DNA of 64,000 nucleotides, taken from positions 38,130,001 to 38,194,000 of the forward strand of contig NC_087251.1 in NCBI RefSeq assembly GCF_037042905.1, given 5' to 3'. The notes beneath the pieces are model-generated. The model ran no database searches. It had not been told where the DNA came from and was given only the letters and a program-made list of their open reading frames with translations. The stretch comes from Lytechinus pictus. Taxonomy: Eukaryota. This document shows, in pieces, positions 1-12,546 of the stretch. The position numbers were made by a program, and so were the translations under genes. Position 1 is the stretch's first letter, and each line of letters starts with the position of its first letter.

Positions 1-5
1 CATAC

Positions 6-90
6 CTCTTGTTTCTGGGTGAACCCAACTTGCTGAACAATGTATTACTAGTGGACACTCATTGAAAACCTTGGAGAAACAAGCTCCCAT
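6..90 (-). CDS. MAP4K3/5: MAP4K3/5-like exon, start of CNH domain (gene continues beyond window start)
   Basis: ttcag|ATG GGA GCT...AGA G|gtatg; [28 protein letters not shown]. Confidence 0.96.
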
Positions 91-719
91 CTGAAGATAA
101 ATACGACCACAAGGGAAAAAAAATAACGACATCATGAATATTTTACTTCCCCAATTGCAACCGTGTAAATTGGTCTGGATCGAAACTAATATGAATGGGG
201 TTAATCTACAATGTGATTTTAACAAGGCCATAATTTGGCCATCATGTTGTGATTCATATCAAATACACAATAAAGTTGTCATAAAACTCCTGAAAGCAAA
301 CATGCGTTTTCTTTTTATTACATCCCAGTTTAGTTTTCTATGTTGCCTTCTTCTGTTTATCTTTTTAAGTCGAATGTAATGAGATTTTATATTCTACTCA
401 GTAGCAATTCAAAGGGACTCTTGAAATTTACAAGGGATTTTTTGATCATCCTTTACTCTCATGTATTCTTTGCTTTGCTTGACCAGTGCCCTGTAACATA
501 AGGAATACAATTAATTTTTTAATTTTTTAAGCTATGGAAAAGGTAAATGAAATGTTACCATGAATTATAAGTATTAAGCATATCTTTATTTTACACCATC
601 TCCCAACAATCAACAATCAATTTTATATATCATGAGTATCTGTATCTCTGTATCTTACACAACCGACCTCCCCCAATCCCCCTCCCCTTTAGTAGAAAAA
701 AAGAATTCTGGTTACTCAC

Positions 720-989
720 AGTGACTTTGGGTGTTGGGGGAAGCCCGTTGCTAGCTTGCTGGGGCGGTGGCTCCAGGAATTCATTTCGTATCCTCCTCGG
801 TGGTACGATGGGCGGTTTGTTGTCGATATCCTCCGTGTTCTCCCCTTCCGTCGTGGGTGCTCTTCCGTTCACCATCTTCGGCTGCGGTCTGTTCGGCTTG
901 GTTGGGGGTAACGACGGAGGCATGCTTTCTCTTGTTGACGCGTTGGATGCAGTTCCGTTGGATGATACTGAGAATTTCACTGACTTTTG
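720..989 (-). CDS. MAP4K3/5: MAP4K3/5-like proline-rich exon
   Basis: gcag|CAA AAG TCA...GTC ACT|gtgagt; contains PPSLPPTKP, PPIVPPRR and NGLPPTPKVT (pre-CNH motif). Confidence 0.93.
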
Positions 990-2031
990 CTGCACGGTAG
1001 AAATAGGGGAAGACAATCGCTGATTAGAAATTATGAAAGCCTAAAGTTTGATGAATAGACCTTTACACCAAGGCCATGTTGTACAAAACTAATCATAGCA
1101 AATAACTCAGATTATTTTTATAACATTATTTCAATACATGAATTATGAAAGCCTATATTTTAATGAATAGACATTTTCACCACGGTCATAATGTATTAAA
1201 CTTTTACAGCAAAAAAATTATGATTATTTTTTTCTATTTTTTTTCCATGCATTCAATGCAAATTAGAATACATGTGGTAGCTTGAATTTTAAATTTCAAC
1301 TATAGAGTTTTTATGGTAAAAGTATTCATGCAACAGGTGAAGCTTGTATTGGTCATTTAACATGTATATTTTGTAATATTTGAATATATGTCTTTGGGAA
1401 TTGAATGGTGAACTTTCAAAAGTAGTAAAATGCAACCCACCATGAAGATTTAATCATATCCAGTATTATAAATTGTGGATCAGCAAAATAAACTGCATTT
1501 CCTTTCCCCCATTATGACAAAACTTTTTTGAAATATATCCCTTTCCACAAAATGTAACTATTTCTGTTCATTGATTTGAGTGAAAACTGCTTGCCACAAA
1601 CTTTTCAGGATAAGTCATTTTATGTGCACCATCATTTTATGCACAATGTATAAAACTAATATTTACCATATCTTTATGATATAAATTTCTTCAATAAAAC
1701 ATAACAGATTGGGTATCATATAGGTTTCATGCCTTATCCTTAACAGGATATATCATATGAACAGATGTACATTGACCGATAAAGGCACCTGTCGTTGGAT
1801 TGATAATGTACCTGTATCAAATAAAGATGGGGCCATAGGGTGCTTGGGGCACTAAAGTCCCCCCCCCCCAAAAAAAAGGAAATATGAATGAAATATAATA
1901 TTATATTTGATATTATTTTATATCAAAATAAGATTTTCATTTTCAAAATTTAGATTTTTATCATACGGCCCTATTTTTTTTTTTTTTTTTGGGGGGGGGC
2001 TCATTATACTTGTCTAATGAGTATCACTCAC

Positions 2032-2077
2032 CTTTGGTGGTAGAGGTGGGGGTTGATCACCATGCGGTAATGTGTCG
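2032..2077 (-). CDS. MAP4K3/5: MAP4K3/5-like exon with SH3-binding proline motif
   Basis: acag|C GAC ACA...CCA AAG|gtgagt; DTLPHGDQPPPLPPK, phase 2-0. Confidence 0.9.
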
Positions 2078-3951
2078 CTGTACATGGAAATATAACAATA
2101 AAAACATGACATGATACTGTGATTTTCCTCCTACATTGTTGGGCGCAGCAGCCAATCAAGTCGATCAAAGTCAAGGTTTCCATGCTAATAACATTTAAGT
2201 TATCGTAACGCTAGTCTTTATAAAGCAGGCCACAGACATACAATATACAGTGTTTTCTTTACCAATTATAGCAAATCTATGATACAAATTGATATACCTT
2301 ACAATATACTTGTATCACATCACTAACATTCCTTTAAAAGGCAATCTAAATATAGAAAACAGCAAAGTAAAGAGTCCAGAACCATTAAAAAAATAGTTAC
2401 AAGGCATAGAGGAGAAACAAAATGAACCAAAAAAAACAATGACTAAGAGAAATTAAAATGCCAACACCAGAAATATTGTTTCTTACATGAATGTGTATCA
2501 TGATCAAGGTTAATGTTAGCACCAAAACAAATGACTAAAAGTAACACAATGCTATTGATGGTTCCTACACTCTGATGTCATTTCTTTTAAAATATAGATC
2601 AATGGGACATTTTCTTCAAAACAGTGAAAGCTATGGTGCTTGATAGGCCTCCAAACCTGTTCAAAGTTTACCAATAAAATTCTTAATTATTGTATACAAA
2701 ATAAAAGCCTTAAATGTAAAAAGATGCCCACTTTAGAATGACAACATTTGTACAAAATATTTGTTATGATTGGTAGATAGTTTAGTATTAAGAGTACTGA
2801 ACATTCACATTTCATTTGTCAGTACCTCATACATTACATATCAATTGAATAAAGCTAATTATTGATTGCTGATTGTAGAAATAAAAACAGCTCAAATTAA
2901 ATATACATTGAACAACATAGGAGTATATAGCACACTGAAATTTATAATAGGATACTAGGTTTTATGCTAATACAATTGTGAGGCATTTTTATTAATCGTT
3001 TCATAACAAGTATGTATAGAAAATACAGACAAAGTGAATATGGGTACACAGACGTGTGCAATAATATGCCATTAATTGAATAATTCAACATGCTTGACTT
3101 TTTCTGATTTCAGGCACAACACTATATATTTGAAGGTGTTTATAACATAAGTTTCAATTCAAAACTACATAAGGCTTTATTATTAACTGTGTATAAGACC
3201 TGTATAAGAGTGCTTTTTGACAGACATTGATTTATTCTTTCATTGTTAAAGTTCAAACCTGTTATTATTTTGTTTTCTCTCTCTCCAATGCTCTGTTGTG
3301 TCCTGAGCATCTACTTAAAATGGAGAGTGTGCTATACAAGTCTTATTATTACTATTATTAAATACCATTATTATTGATTATATTTGCTAAAACAAAAATA
3401 TTGGGATTTGGAATACGAATTTTGACGAACATTTATTCATTCTAATATAGACACTGTTAGACAAACAACAGATTAAAACGGTTTGAATTTGCATTAGTTT
3501 TTTTAAAAGGGGGATGTGAGGTATTGCATCAACAAGCTGTTAGTGCTCCACATTGAGGCATGCAGCTAATTATGATTAGATAACATTTTAAACAGGAAAA
3601 CAATTACACCATCACTTTATTAAAGGAAAAATAGTGAATAATTCAACGACACACATGTAATGTATGTATATGTCAACAAAATGACAACTCTTAGAGCAAA
3701 TATAAATAGTCAAAGCAAGAACAGTACTATAGAATATAGAATCCAAACCTTTCTTTCCAACTATGATACATTAAAATATAGACAAAGTTCATTTAGCAAG
3801 CAAAATGGGATAATGAATGTGACCATTTTTAAAGCAAATGATTCAAAATTGTCAGGAAGAAAAAAAGAGTGGTAACATTTCATGCATTTTGAAGGTAACA
3901 CTGTAACAGGGATCAGCAGGAGCTGCGAACTGTAACACAAGAAAATGTTAC

Positions 3952-3984
3952 CTTTCAGAGGATGCATCCAACATATCGTAATAG
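3952..3984 (-). CDS. MAP4K3/5: MAP4K3/5-like 33-nt micro-exon
   Basis: ttttgttttag|C TAT TAC GAT ATG TTG GAT GCA TCC TCT GAA AG|gtaac; YYDMLDASSE, phase 2-2, fits the frame; supported only by splice sites and frame. Confidence 0.68.
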
Positions 3985-5054
3985 CTAAAACAAAAATTAA
4001 GAATATCATGAGGGAGGATGAAATAGGAGAAAGCTTCGTTGTTCTTCAATCAGTTTCTTCCTCAACCAAATTTCTCCCCATTCCTTAAAAAAAACTCATT
4101 TATTGTCATACAAATATGACAGTTTTCCTAACATATCATAATAGCTTAAAGAATAATTAAGAATGTCATGAACTTTAATAAGATGATAAAAGAGAAATCT
4201 TCTTTTATTCTCCTTTATGTTAAATCTTGTGCTTTCCTCAACCAAATTTCCCCCAGTTCCTTGAAAAAATTATTTTGCGATAAAAAGAAGGCACTTGTCA
4301 TTTTGTAATGGAATTTGATGTCTTCACTCTGATAAGCTTAGCTAAGTAACAAGTACAAAATGAAATCTACTACTAATACTACTATCAAGCATCCATAATT
4401 ATTTCTAATGTGAAGATATATTTTATTATTGAAAAATGTCAATATACACTCAAGACATTACAGCATTATATGTTGGTAAGATCGATTCTATTAATTATAA
4501 AATGTCATGTTGAGTAATATATCATGCAATATAATATGCTCAAATGAGTACAAATGAATTTTTAATAAAGTTCGGGCAATAGTTAAAAAAATAATGATAT
4601 GTCTAAATAAATTCAATCTTTTTATCCCAGTTCTACAATGTTTAGTAAGTTTTTGCACATTTTCTCTTTTGTAATATTTTCCCATTCTACAGGCGGAAAA
4701 TTTAGTACATGAATATAAAAAAGGCCCAAGTCCATAGGAGGTCATTTTGAGAAAATAAAACAAATTGATATTTCTTTGAATTTGGGCAATTAAAGTATAT
4801 TTGGCCAAAAGACATCAGAGAACATCATAAAACAAATTTAAGTGTACATTTTTTATGAGCATTAATATTCACGGTACTTGTGGGAGGGGCCTTTTGTCTG
4901 GTGGACTTGGGTCATTTTTAGAATCACATGGACTTGGGTCATTCTGACATTCATATACATGGTAGACTTCTGAAGTAAGTAGTGGAAGTAATGAGAGAGG
5001 GCGCTATGATATGAATGTAAGAAAAGCCCCAGTCCTGAACTTGGGCTTTCTTAA

Positions 5055-5467
5055 GGCCACCGCACACCTTACGACTGTTCGCGATCCGATTTTGGAACAA
5101 ATCGCATTTTGCTCATTTTCTGAAAATGTGAATGGAACATATCATTTTATTTGAGGTTAAAATCAATTGAAAGAATACTAACATAACCATTTTGAAAGAT
5201 TGCAAGCCTTTATTTTGGAGTAAAGGCCAAATTAGTTTCAAATCATAGCCAATCGTACGACTGCTATGATGTCATTACGACTAGATATCAAATTCGCTTT
5301 TATTCTAAGAAGGATGATAGCATAGTCATAGATTTGATAATAGGTATTAGTACGATGATTTAGAACATTACACAGTAAGATATTCCAAGTCTCAATATTA
5401 GCATCAAATTTTACTACATTTTATTCTGAAATCGGGTCGCAGACCAATCGTAAGGTGTGCAGTCACC
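5055..5467. mobile_element. MITE, Harbinger/PIF-like
   Basis: Imperfect TIRs ggccaccgcacaccttacga / tcgtaaggtgtgcagtcacc; no ORF. Confidence 0.75.
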
Positions 5468-6851
5468 TTTACACTCATACCAGATTTTCCTCCTTTGTTT
5501 AAGGCATTTCTGAGATGATTTCAGATTTATCATTGAAACACAAAATGAGCCATTGTATAAGAAACAATTTCCCATATTTAACTCAATTTCACCAAAAATT
5601 GGACTTGGGCCGTGTTTATATTCAGATACTCAATTGTGTGCATGAAGATGAAATACCAGATTATTTCTGTGATGTAAAATGATCAACTTTTGTACAACCT
5701 CTTAAGGTACATTCAAACAAAACTGATTTATGGAGGAGTAATTTATCAAAGAAGAGTATACTATACTCAATGATATGATATACTTTGTACAAACTAAAAA
5801 ACATCAACGTCAAGATTAATTGTGAATACAATCGCAATACTCAGAAACGTCAAGTACTCTGTTGAATTCCCCCATATAGCATGTTTTTACTTTCATATCT
5901 GGGCCCCATCTCACAAAGGAATATAATTAATGAAATCAATTACAACAAAAAGCCAGCAATGGAATCATGATGATTTGAAATGCAGATACCCATACTGACT
6001 TGGTCAAAGTAAAAAGAAGGAAACTTTTTTAAATATGGGCAGAGAAACAATATCAAAGATATTGGTGTTCCCAGGATACTATTATATTGTTCCAGTTGAA
6101 TGATAACTTGAGATATATATTTAATGCTGAATGATATGAATATAACATATAGAGTATATGATATACATGTATGGTGGATCAGTGATTTCCAAAATAAGAA
6201 ATGAAATGCTACTGGTTATGGGAAACATAAGTTCATTTTTTTATTTAAACATATTACATAAACATGTTATTTGGTTAACTATCAAACCCGTAAAAAATGA
6301 GTAGGTCTACATATATTTACTTTCTGTTTTACTACTACTTGTAATCAAAACAACCCAACTTATTATTATCGTCTATAATCTATTCAGCCAATCCTAAATA
6401 AGTGATTAATTTCAGACTACATGTATGATACAGTAGATTTATATTAATAACCAGACATTAATATGTTCAATTCTTAGTATTGTTATAAAGTGTTGGGAGC
6501 ATTCCACAAAACATCTTGTAAGTAATTTTCATTGAGAACTGTAATAAACTACTGAAAGCCTTGCAATTGGTTGAGAGATCATTTATCGATGAGAATCACT
6601 GACAAGCCAATCCATGAAAAGCTCCCATAGAAATAATGAGCAGGATATAAGTGCGATATATCTAGGGGCCGTTTCATAATGCTGTTCGTAAGTTATGAAT
6701 AACTGATGACCCTTTCTTTTGTTATTATATGATATATCCCTATATGTAGCTGACTTGGCACGTAAGAACATGTGCCGACAGTGTGTAAAGTCGAGCATCA
6801 TTTTTTCAAGCAGCTTTATAAAACACAATGGCATGGTTGTTAGGGACTATA

Positions 6852-7250
6852 GGGCCGTCTGCACCATCCCGAGTTTTCAAATTAGCGCGCTTTTTCTGAT
6901 CCGACAAATTATCCCGTTCTGAACAATCTCGAGATTATTTGCAATGGAGACGCAATTACCGCGCTAGTTCGTAGGATTAATCTCGAGGTTGCAATCCCAA
7001 GTCAACTTGGGATTATTTGCAAAATAGCGCGCTATTTTACGAATTATCGCGCTAATTCGTAGGTGCAGACACACTCGGGATTATTTATTCACGGCGTCAG
7101 ACCATAATGTATCGATGCCTCGCTCGAGCAGGAATCGCTCTTCTTGCGATGGTGGAGACGGGGTTTCTTGAATCTAGAGATTAATCGCGAAGAGGGCCGA
7201 TCGGGCTAAAATCTCGAGATTGAGCAAACTCGGGATGGTGCAGCACCGCC
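6852..7250 (+). mobile_element. MITE family A, copy 1 (Harbinger-like)
   Basis: TIR core tgcaccatcccgagttt / aaactcgggatggtgca; internal aatctcgagatt palindromes; colinear with the copy at 63239-63637. Confidence 0.9.
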
Positions 7251-7480
7251 TTAAGTAGTGGATGGTATCCTAAATGTGACTACAATAGAGATTAGGTTAA
7301 TAAGAGTTAAGTATTAAAGAATACATCAAAATGGACTAGATTATCACATCCACACTGAGAAATCAAAAGATAAATCACAGAGTAGGAAAGTTAGTACTGT
7401 AGACTTTGTTAGAGGTAATGGGGAGCTTGAGATTTCACATTACACAGACTCTTCTATTCTTAACACTGTGCACCCTACCT

Positions 7481-7951
7481 TAAAGCCTGGCTCACATTTT
7501 TGGGTATTTAGCTAGTGTCAGCAGCGTATTGCCCTAACGCAGACGCAGTCAAATGCAACATAACACAATGAAACACAGTACTACCAGGTCGACACGCAGA
7601 CCATGGCTAACACAGAGGCCTTCAGTTCTAGCTCGAGAGTGTGATATTTTGTGAAGCACTTGCAACTGACCGCAATCAAACTCCACTAGTAACAACAAGC
7701 AATTGCGCGCAAGGATAAGCTTACGGAGGCCAACTCAGCGTGCTCGATACATACCTCAACTTACTTCGCTTTGGCCCGCATCATCTCACTTTATCACGGC
7801 CTGCAAATCTATACAAGCTCGTACGCAGCGGTATATTGCTACAGAATATTTTGCTGTATAGTATTTTGTGTTTAGCTGGATGACGCTGCGTTTGATCAAT
7901 GAAGTAATTCGCAGATTAAAAGAAAATCACGATAGTGTGAGCCAGGCTTTA
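7481..7951. mobile_element. MITE
   Basis: Perfect terminal inverted repeat taaagcctggctcaca / tgtgagccaggcttta. Confidence 0.8.
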
Positions 7952-8102
7952 TTCATGCACAGGAGGTGATTTCCACCAAAATCATGTATACATGAGAAAT
8001 CTGAAGCCCCCTAACCCAAGAGAGAGAGAGAGAGAGAGAGAAGGAAGAGGGGAAAAACCGATGGGCAAAGCAGAGAGAGCTTGGGCAGAGTAAGATACTT
8101 AC

Positions 8103-8159
8103 TGTTTGCCCTCCTCCGTGATCTCTTCAGCCCCTTTGAAATCATTGGTCTGATGACCC
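8103..8159 (-). CDS. MAP4K3/5: MAP4K3/5-like 57-nt exon
   Basis: pyrimidine tract..gacag|G GGT CAT...AAA CA|gtaagt; GHQTNDFKGAEEITEEGK, continues the QRGH-like motif; phase 2-2. Confidence 0.82.
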
Positions 8160-8286
8160 CTGTCATATCAAACAGATGGAGAGATATAGATAGAGAGAGG
8201 AATGCATGCAAGACAGAGACAAAGGGGGGCATGCGAGTCAGTCACATTGAGCCACTACTACAACCACATAGATTCAGAAAAGACAA

Positions 8287-8693
8287 TGGGTGATTTCAAG
8301 TTGGTGTTGGAGCAGTTTTTACACCACTCAAAACATTGGGTGGTTTCAAGTTCAGTGTTTGCATTGGATGCACCTTTCGGATTGCCTTCCCAGGCGTTAA
8401 CATCAAATGTGAGTGTACACTCCGGATCCGGATCTTATTACTCATAAACCTCGTGATATTCGTACCAGTGTCAGCTTCACTTTACGTTTGGTGCAGTACT
8501 GATGTCAAAATCGGCCCAACATCAACACTGAACTTGAAAACACCCCTTTGAAATAAGGATGGTACTAGGATTGATGTTTGTAGTCAATAATGTGATTGGT
8601 ACCGCTTTGTAAACCCACATTCAGTGTTGGAGCTGGGCTAGGCAGTCTAATTCACACACTTAACAACACCAACACCATACTAGAAATCACCCA
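8287..8693. mobile_element. MITE near the 57-nt exon
   Basis: TIRs tgggtgatttcaagttggtgttgg / ccaacaccatactagaaatcaccca. Confidence 0.75.
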
Positions 8694-8878
8694 ATGGGTT
8701 GGTACCTGGTAAAGATACCCCCACCCCAACCCCCAACAAAAAGAGTATTTATTTTTTAATCTTGCAGATACTTATAAAAGTATCCCCTTAATAAATCAAA
8801 TATAAAACAAATTACCTGAGAAACTTTTAATAGAAAAAAGGGACCACATACCAGAAGAATAATCCCATTATCATAATA

Positions 8879-10052
8879 AAACAAGTGGAATGCCTCTGGC
8901 GGTCTCACCTGCATCACGCGATTCAATATAGCAGCAGTGCTGACTTTGAAAAACACCATTTAAATAATTATTCACAAAAAACACCATTCATATAATGATA
9001 CAATACTACGTTCATTGACATTGGACCTTGATCATGTGACCTAAAACTTGTCAGTGATACTTGATTACCCCTATATCCACATTTTATACACTATATCTAT
9101 AAACTTTGGAAGTTATGACAGCAATCTAATAATTACCTCTAAAATTGCCAAAGTTCAATGACCTTAAATGACCTTCGACTTTGGTCATGTGACCTGAAAC
9201 TCGCATGAGATGTTCAGTGATACTTGACGACTCGTATGTCCAAGTTTTATGAACTAGACCAATATACTTACAGGGTTATGATGGTAATTCAACAAATACC
9301 CCCAACATAACCAATATCCATTGACCTTTGACCTTGGTCATGTGACCTGAAACTCGCACAGGATGTTCAGTGATACTTGATTACTCTTATGTCCAAGTTT
9401 CATGAGTCAGATCCATAAACTTTCAAAGTTATGATGGTAATTCAACAGATACCCCCATTACGGCCAAAGTTCATTGACCTTTGACCTTGGTCATGTGACC
9501 TGAAATGCACACAGGATGTTCAGTGATACTTGATTACTCTTATGTCCAAGTTTTATGAACTAGACAATATACTTTCAAAGTTATGATGGTAATTCAACAG
9601 ATACCCCCAATTTGGCCAAAGTTCATTGACCCTAAATGACTTTTGACCTTGGTCATGTGATGTGAAACTCATGCAGGATGTTCAGTAATACTTGATTAAC
9701 CTTATGGCCAAGTTACATGAACTAGGTCCATATACTTTCTAAGTTATGATGACATTTCAAAAACTTAACCTTAGGTTAAGATTTTGATGTTGATTCCCCC
9801 AACATGGTCTAAGTTCATTGACCCTAAATGACCTTTGACCTTGGTCATGTGGCATGAAACTCAGGCAGGATGTTCAGTAATACTTGATTAACCTTATGGC
9901 CAAGTTTCTAAAAGTAGGTCCATATACTTTCTAAGTTATGCTGTCATTTCAAAAACTTAACCTTCGGTTAAGATTTGGTGTTGACGCCGCCGCCGCCATC
10001 GCCGTCGGAAAAGCGGCGCCTATAGTCTCACTCTGCTATGCAGGTGAGACAA
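8879..10052. mobile_element. Helentron/HINE-like (Tsp/pearl-type) element carrying a tandem array
   Basis: 13-bp subterminal IR gtctcacctgcat (8902-8914) / atgcaggtgagac (10038-10050); terminal hairpin; about 6 tandem units of about 150-190 bp rich in tgacct; (gcc)n tract; A-run flanks. Confidence 0.82.
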
Positions 10053-12507
10053 AAACAACTTATCATTCTCAAGACTAGAAGTCCAATTCTCTTGGTACAC
10101 TATTTTCCCAAAGGAGAGACACATACTACCCTACTGTTCAATTTTCATAAAGTCATCATGTAGCTAGAGATATCTATTTTTGGACGTTGATCTTTCAGAA
10201 CCATCAGGAAAACCCAGGAAAGCAATAACTGTAAGCTGTCTGACAGTTTATCCTTACCCTTACATTTCCAAATGGCTGATGAAATGCTTTCACAAGCCAG
10301 TGACCTACAATCCCTTTCCTTTATATGATCACTTCAGGAGGATATATTGTGAGCATTGTAAAATATAACAAATTGAACATTTCCCCCTTCTTTTATTTTT
10401 GAGAGTACAGACTATTAATAAAGCAAGGATATGAATTCAAAAGTAATGCTAGGTACAGATACAAATAATGTAAATAACTACCCCAGTAATACAAACTTAA
10501 TCTAATAAAAGGTTAAATGTAGAGCATTTCTTTGATCAAATTGCAACACAGACAACATTAGAAAATTAAAAATCTGGGACAGATTTGTATGGAAAAAAAA
10601 TTGTCATAAACGGTTAGACAAGATTAATATGATTTTTTTTATATACAGAAAGTAATTTGTAAATTATCAAATTGACAAGTTAATTGATTACCAAATTAAA
10701 TTATAAGATTATTAATATTAATCAACAGGTTAAGGATTTTCAACACTAAAATAGCATCTGTAAAGACAATTTCTCATATACATGTACACATTAGATGGAG
10801 TCAGAAAGGATTAGGCTTTGGGAAATATATAATAATAGTATTGGGCATTCTTATCCACAGAACTCATCATTTGTGAACTGACTGACTTGACTACAACTCA
10901 GTAAAGCACAATACAACTTCAATGTTAAATGTTACGATATATACAACACTATAGCTGATTCAAAAGGAAAATATTACGATAGTCGAGTATTAAAAGGATA
11001 TTATTTTTCAAAGACTATACTGCTCATAATATGACCTGTAAGAGCCATTTATACACGTAATGTTTATTTTTGTTGATATACAGATGATATATATCTCTTG
11101 TGCAAAGGATATAGCACCACAAAGAAACAGATGATTGCAAAAGACTGCACACAGGGTAAATGATATGATATTAGACTGTTACGAACACAACAAGGCCACA
11201 CGCATACAGGTACAAGATTACGGGAACACAATCAATCTAATGACATCATGTACTTTTCTCCATTTTTATGGAGATGATGTGAAATAAGAAACAACATTCA
11301 TTTGTAGATGATAACTATCATTCATGAGATAGATGATCAGGTATCTTCGCTTCATCTTCCATTTTTTTTAGAAAAAAATGTAAATAAATGTACTTTTCCA
11401 AAAGACGTTCTGTTTGCAATGTAAAAACTAGTTAAGACTTAAAATTGCTTATTAGGCCAGAAAAGGACTGCTCCTTTAATATAGCATTACTGTACACATT
11501 GATGCACTTTCTGTTCCTACCAAACAAATGTTTCATTCAAAGAAAAAAACTTGACTGAAAAAATGCACAAGGCAGGATTATTTTCTTCAGCAATGAACTA
11601 AGTACATCAGTGCCAGTGCATGAAGTACATGGGTGCCAAACACAAAATGAACTTGGGTTAACCGTAACACGCAGCACAAACAAAAATTGAAATTACTTTT
11701 AAAATGTTAGTCCACAGTTAGTCACACTCTTCACTTCTTGTTTTGCAAGATCCAGAAAAACACAGCACCAATCCCATTATGTATCTACTTTTGTACACAG
11801 AAGCTATTTATATGTATTTAATACATTTCCTTGTAAACATAAGTTTTCAAACACAAACAATAGCACATTGAAAATAAACACCACAAACCACTACTAGACC
11901 CTTGTGTTTTAAAAGCAAATAAATGATTAATAGCAACGTTCATTTTGGGGAATAATCATTTTTTGGTATATGTAATTAATATTAAATAATTAATATTTTT
12001 TCTTTTGTTTTTGCTTTGACTGTGAACAGATTTGTTGTTTATATTAGTCAGCCCACCTACATATACCGGTATGCACTTTGCAACATCTATAAAAACACCC
12101 CACAAATGTTATTATTAACTAAAAGTCCTTGTTGCATCCATGTTTGTCACTTGTAAAATACCTAAAAGGTAACTACTTTAATCCATTCATTTGCATACAG
12201 GTTTTCCCTATAAAGAATTCCTGTAAAGCATACTAACCAGATAACTAATTCATTTAAGTCCCTTTGGATTTGTTGTAAATCCCAAAACAATCCCATCATT
12301 AGTAAAACAAATAAAACAAATAAACTACAGGAAGCAAAAAAGAAACATATCCCAAATAAAGACAATAAAAAGCAGAGGTGCATGCAAAGAAAATGGGAGG
12401 CACAGGGTACAGCAATCTACAAAGCATTTAGGGTGAGAGATGAGATGGTTTTAAAAAAAATACAAGAGACACAAAAAGGGATTGAATTTGGGAGACAATT
12501 TTCATAC

Positions 12508-12546
12508 CGTTTCTGTAGCTCTTCCTCAACAGAAGCGAGTAAACTC
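12508..12546 (-). CDS. MAP4K3/5: MAP4K3/5-like 39-nt exon
   Basis: ccatag|G AGT TTA...AAA CG|gtatg; (K)SLLASVEEELQK(R), resembles the SLLKSVEEELHQR motif I recall from vertebrate MAP4K3; phase 2-2. Confidence 0.9.

Noticed and set aside
721-1023. + strand ORFs of 100 aa and 77 aa
   Set aside because: They are antisense shadows of the proline-rich MAP4K exon.
9020-9960. Regularly spaced repeats resembling a CRISPR array
   Set aside because: Whole units repeat with no unique spacers, there are no cas genes, and the context is a eukaryotic intron.
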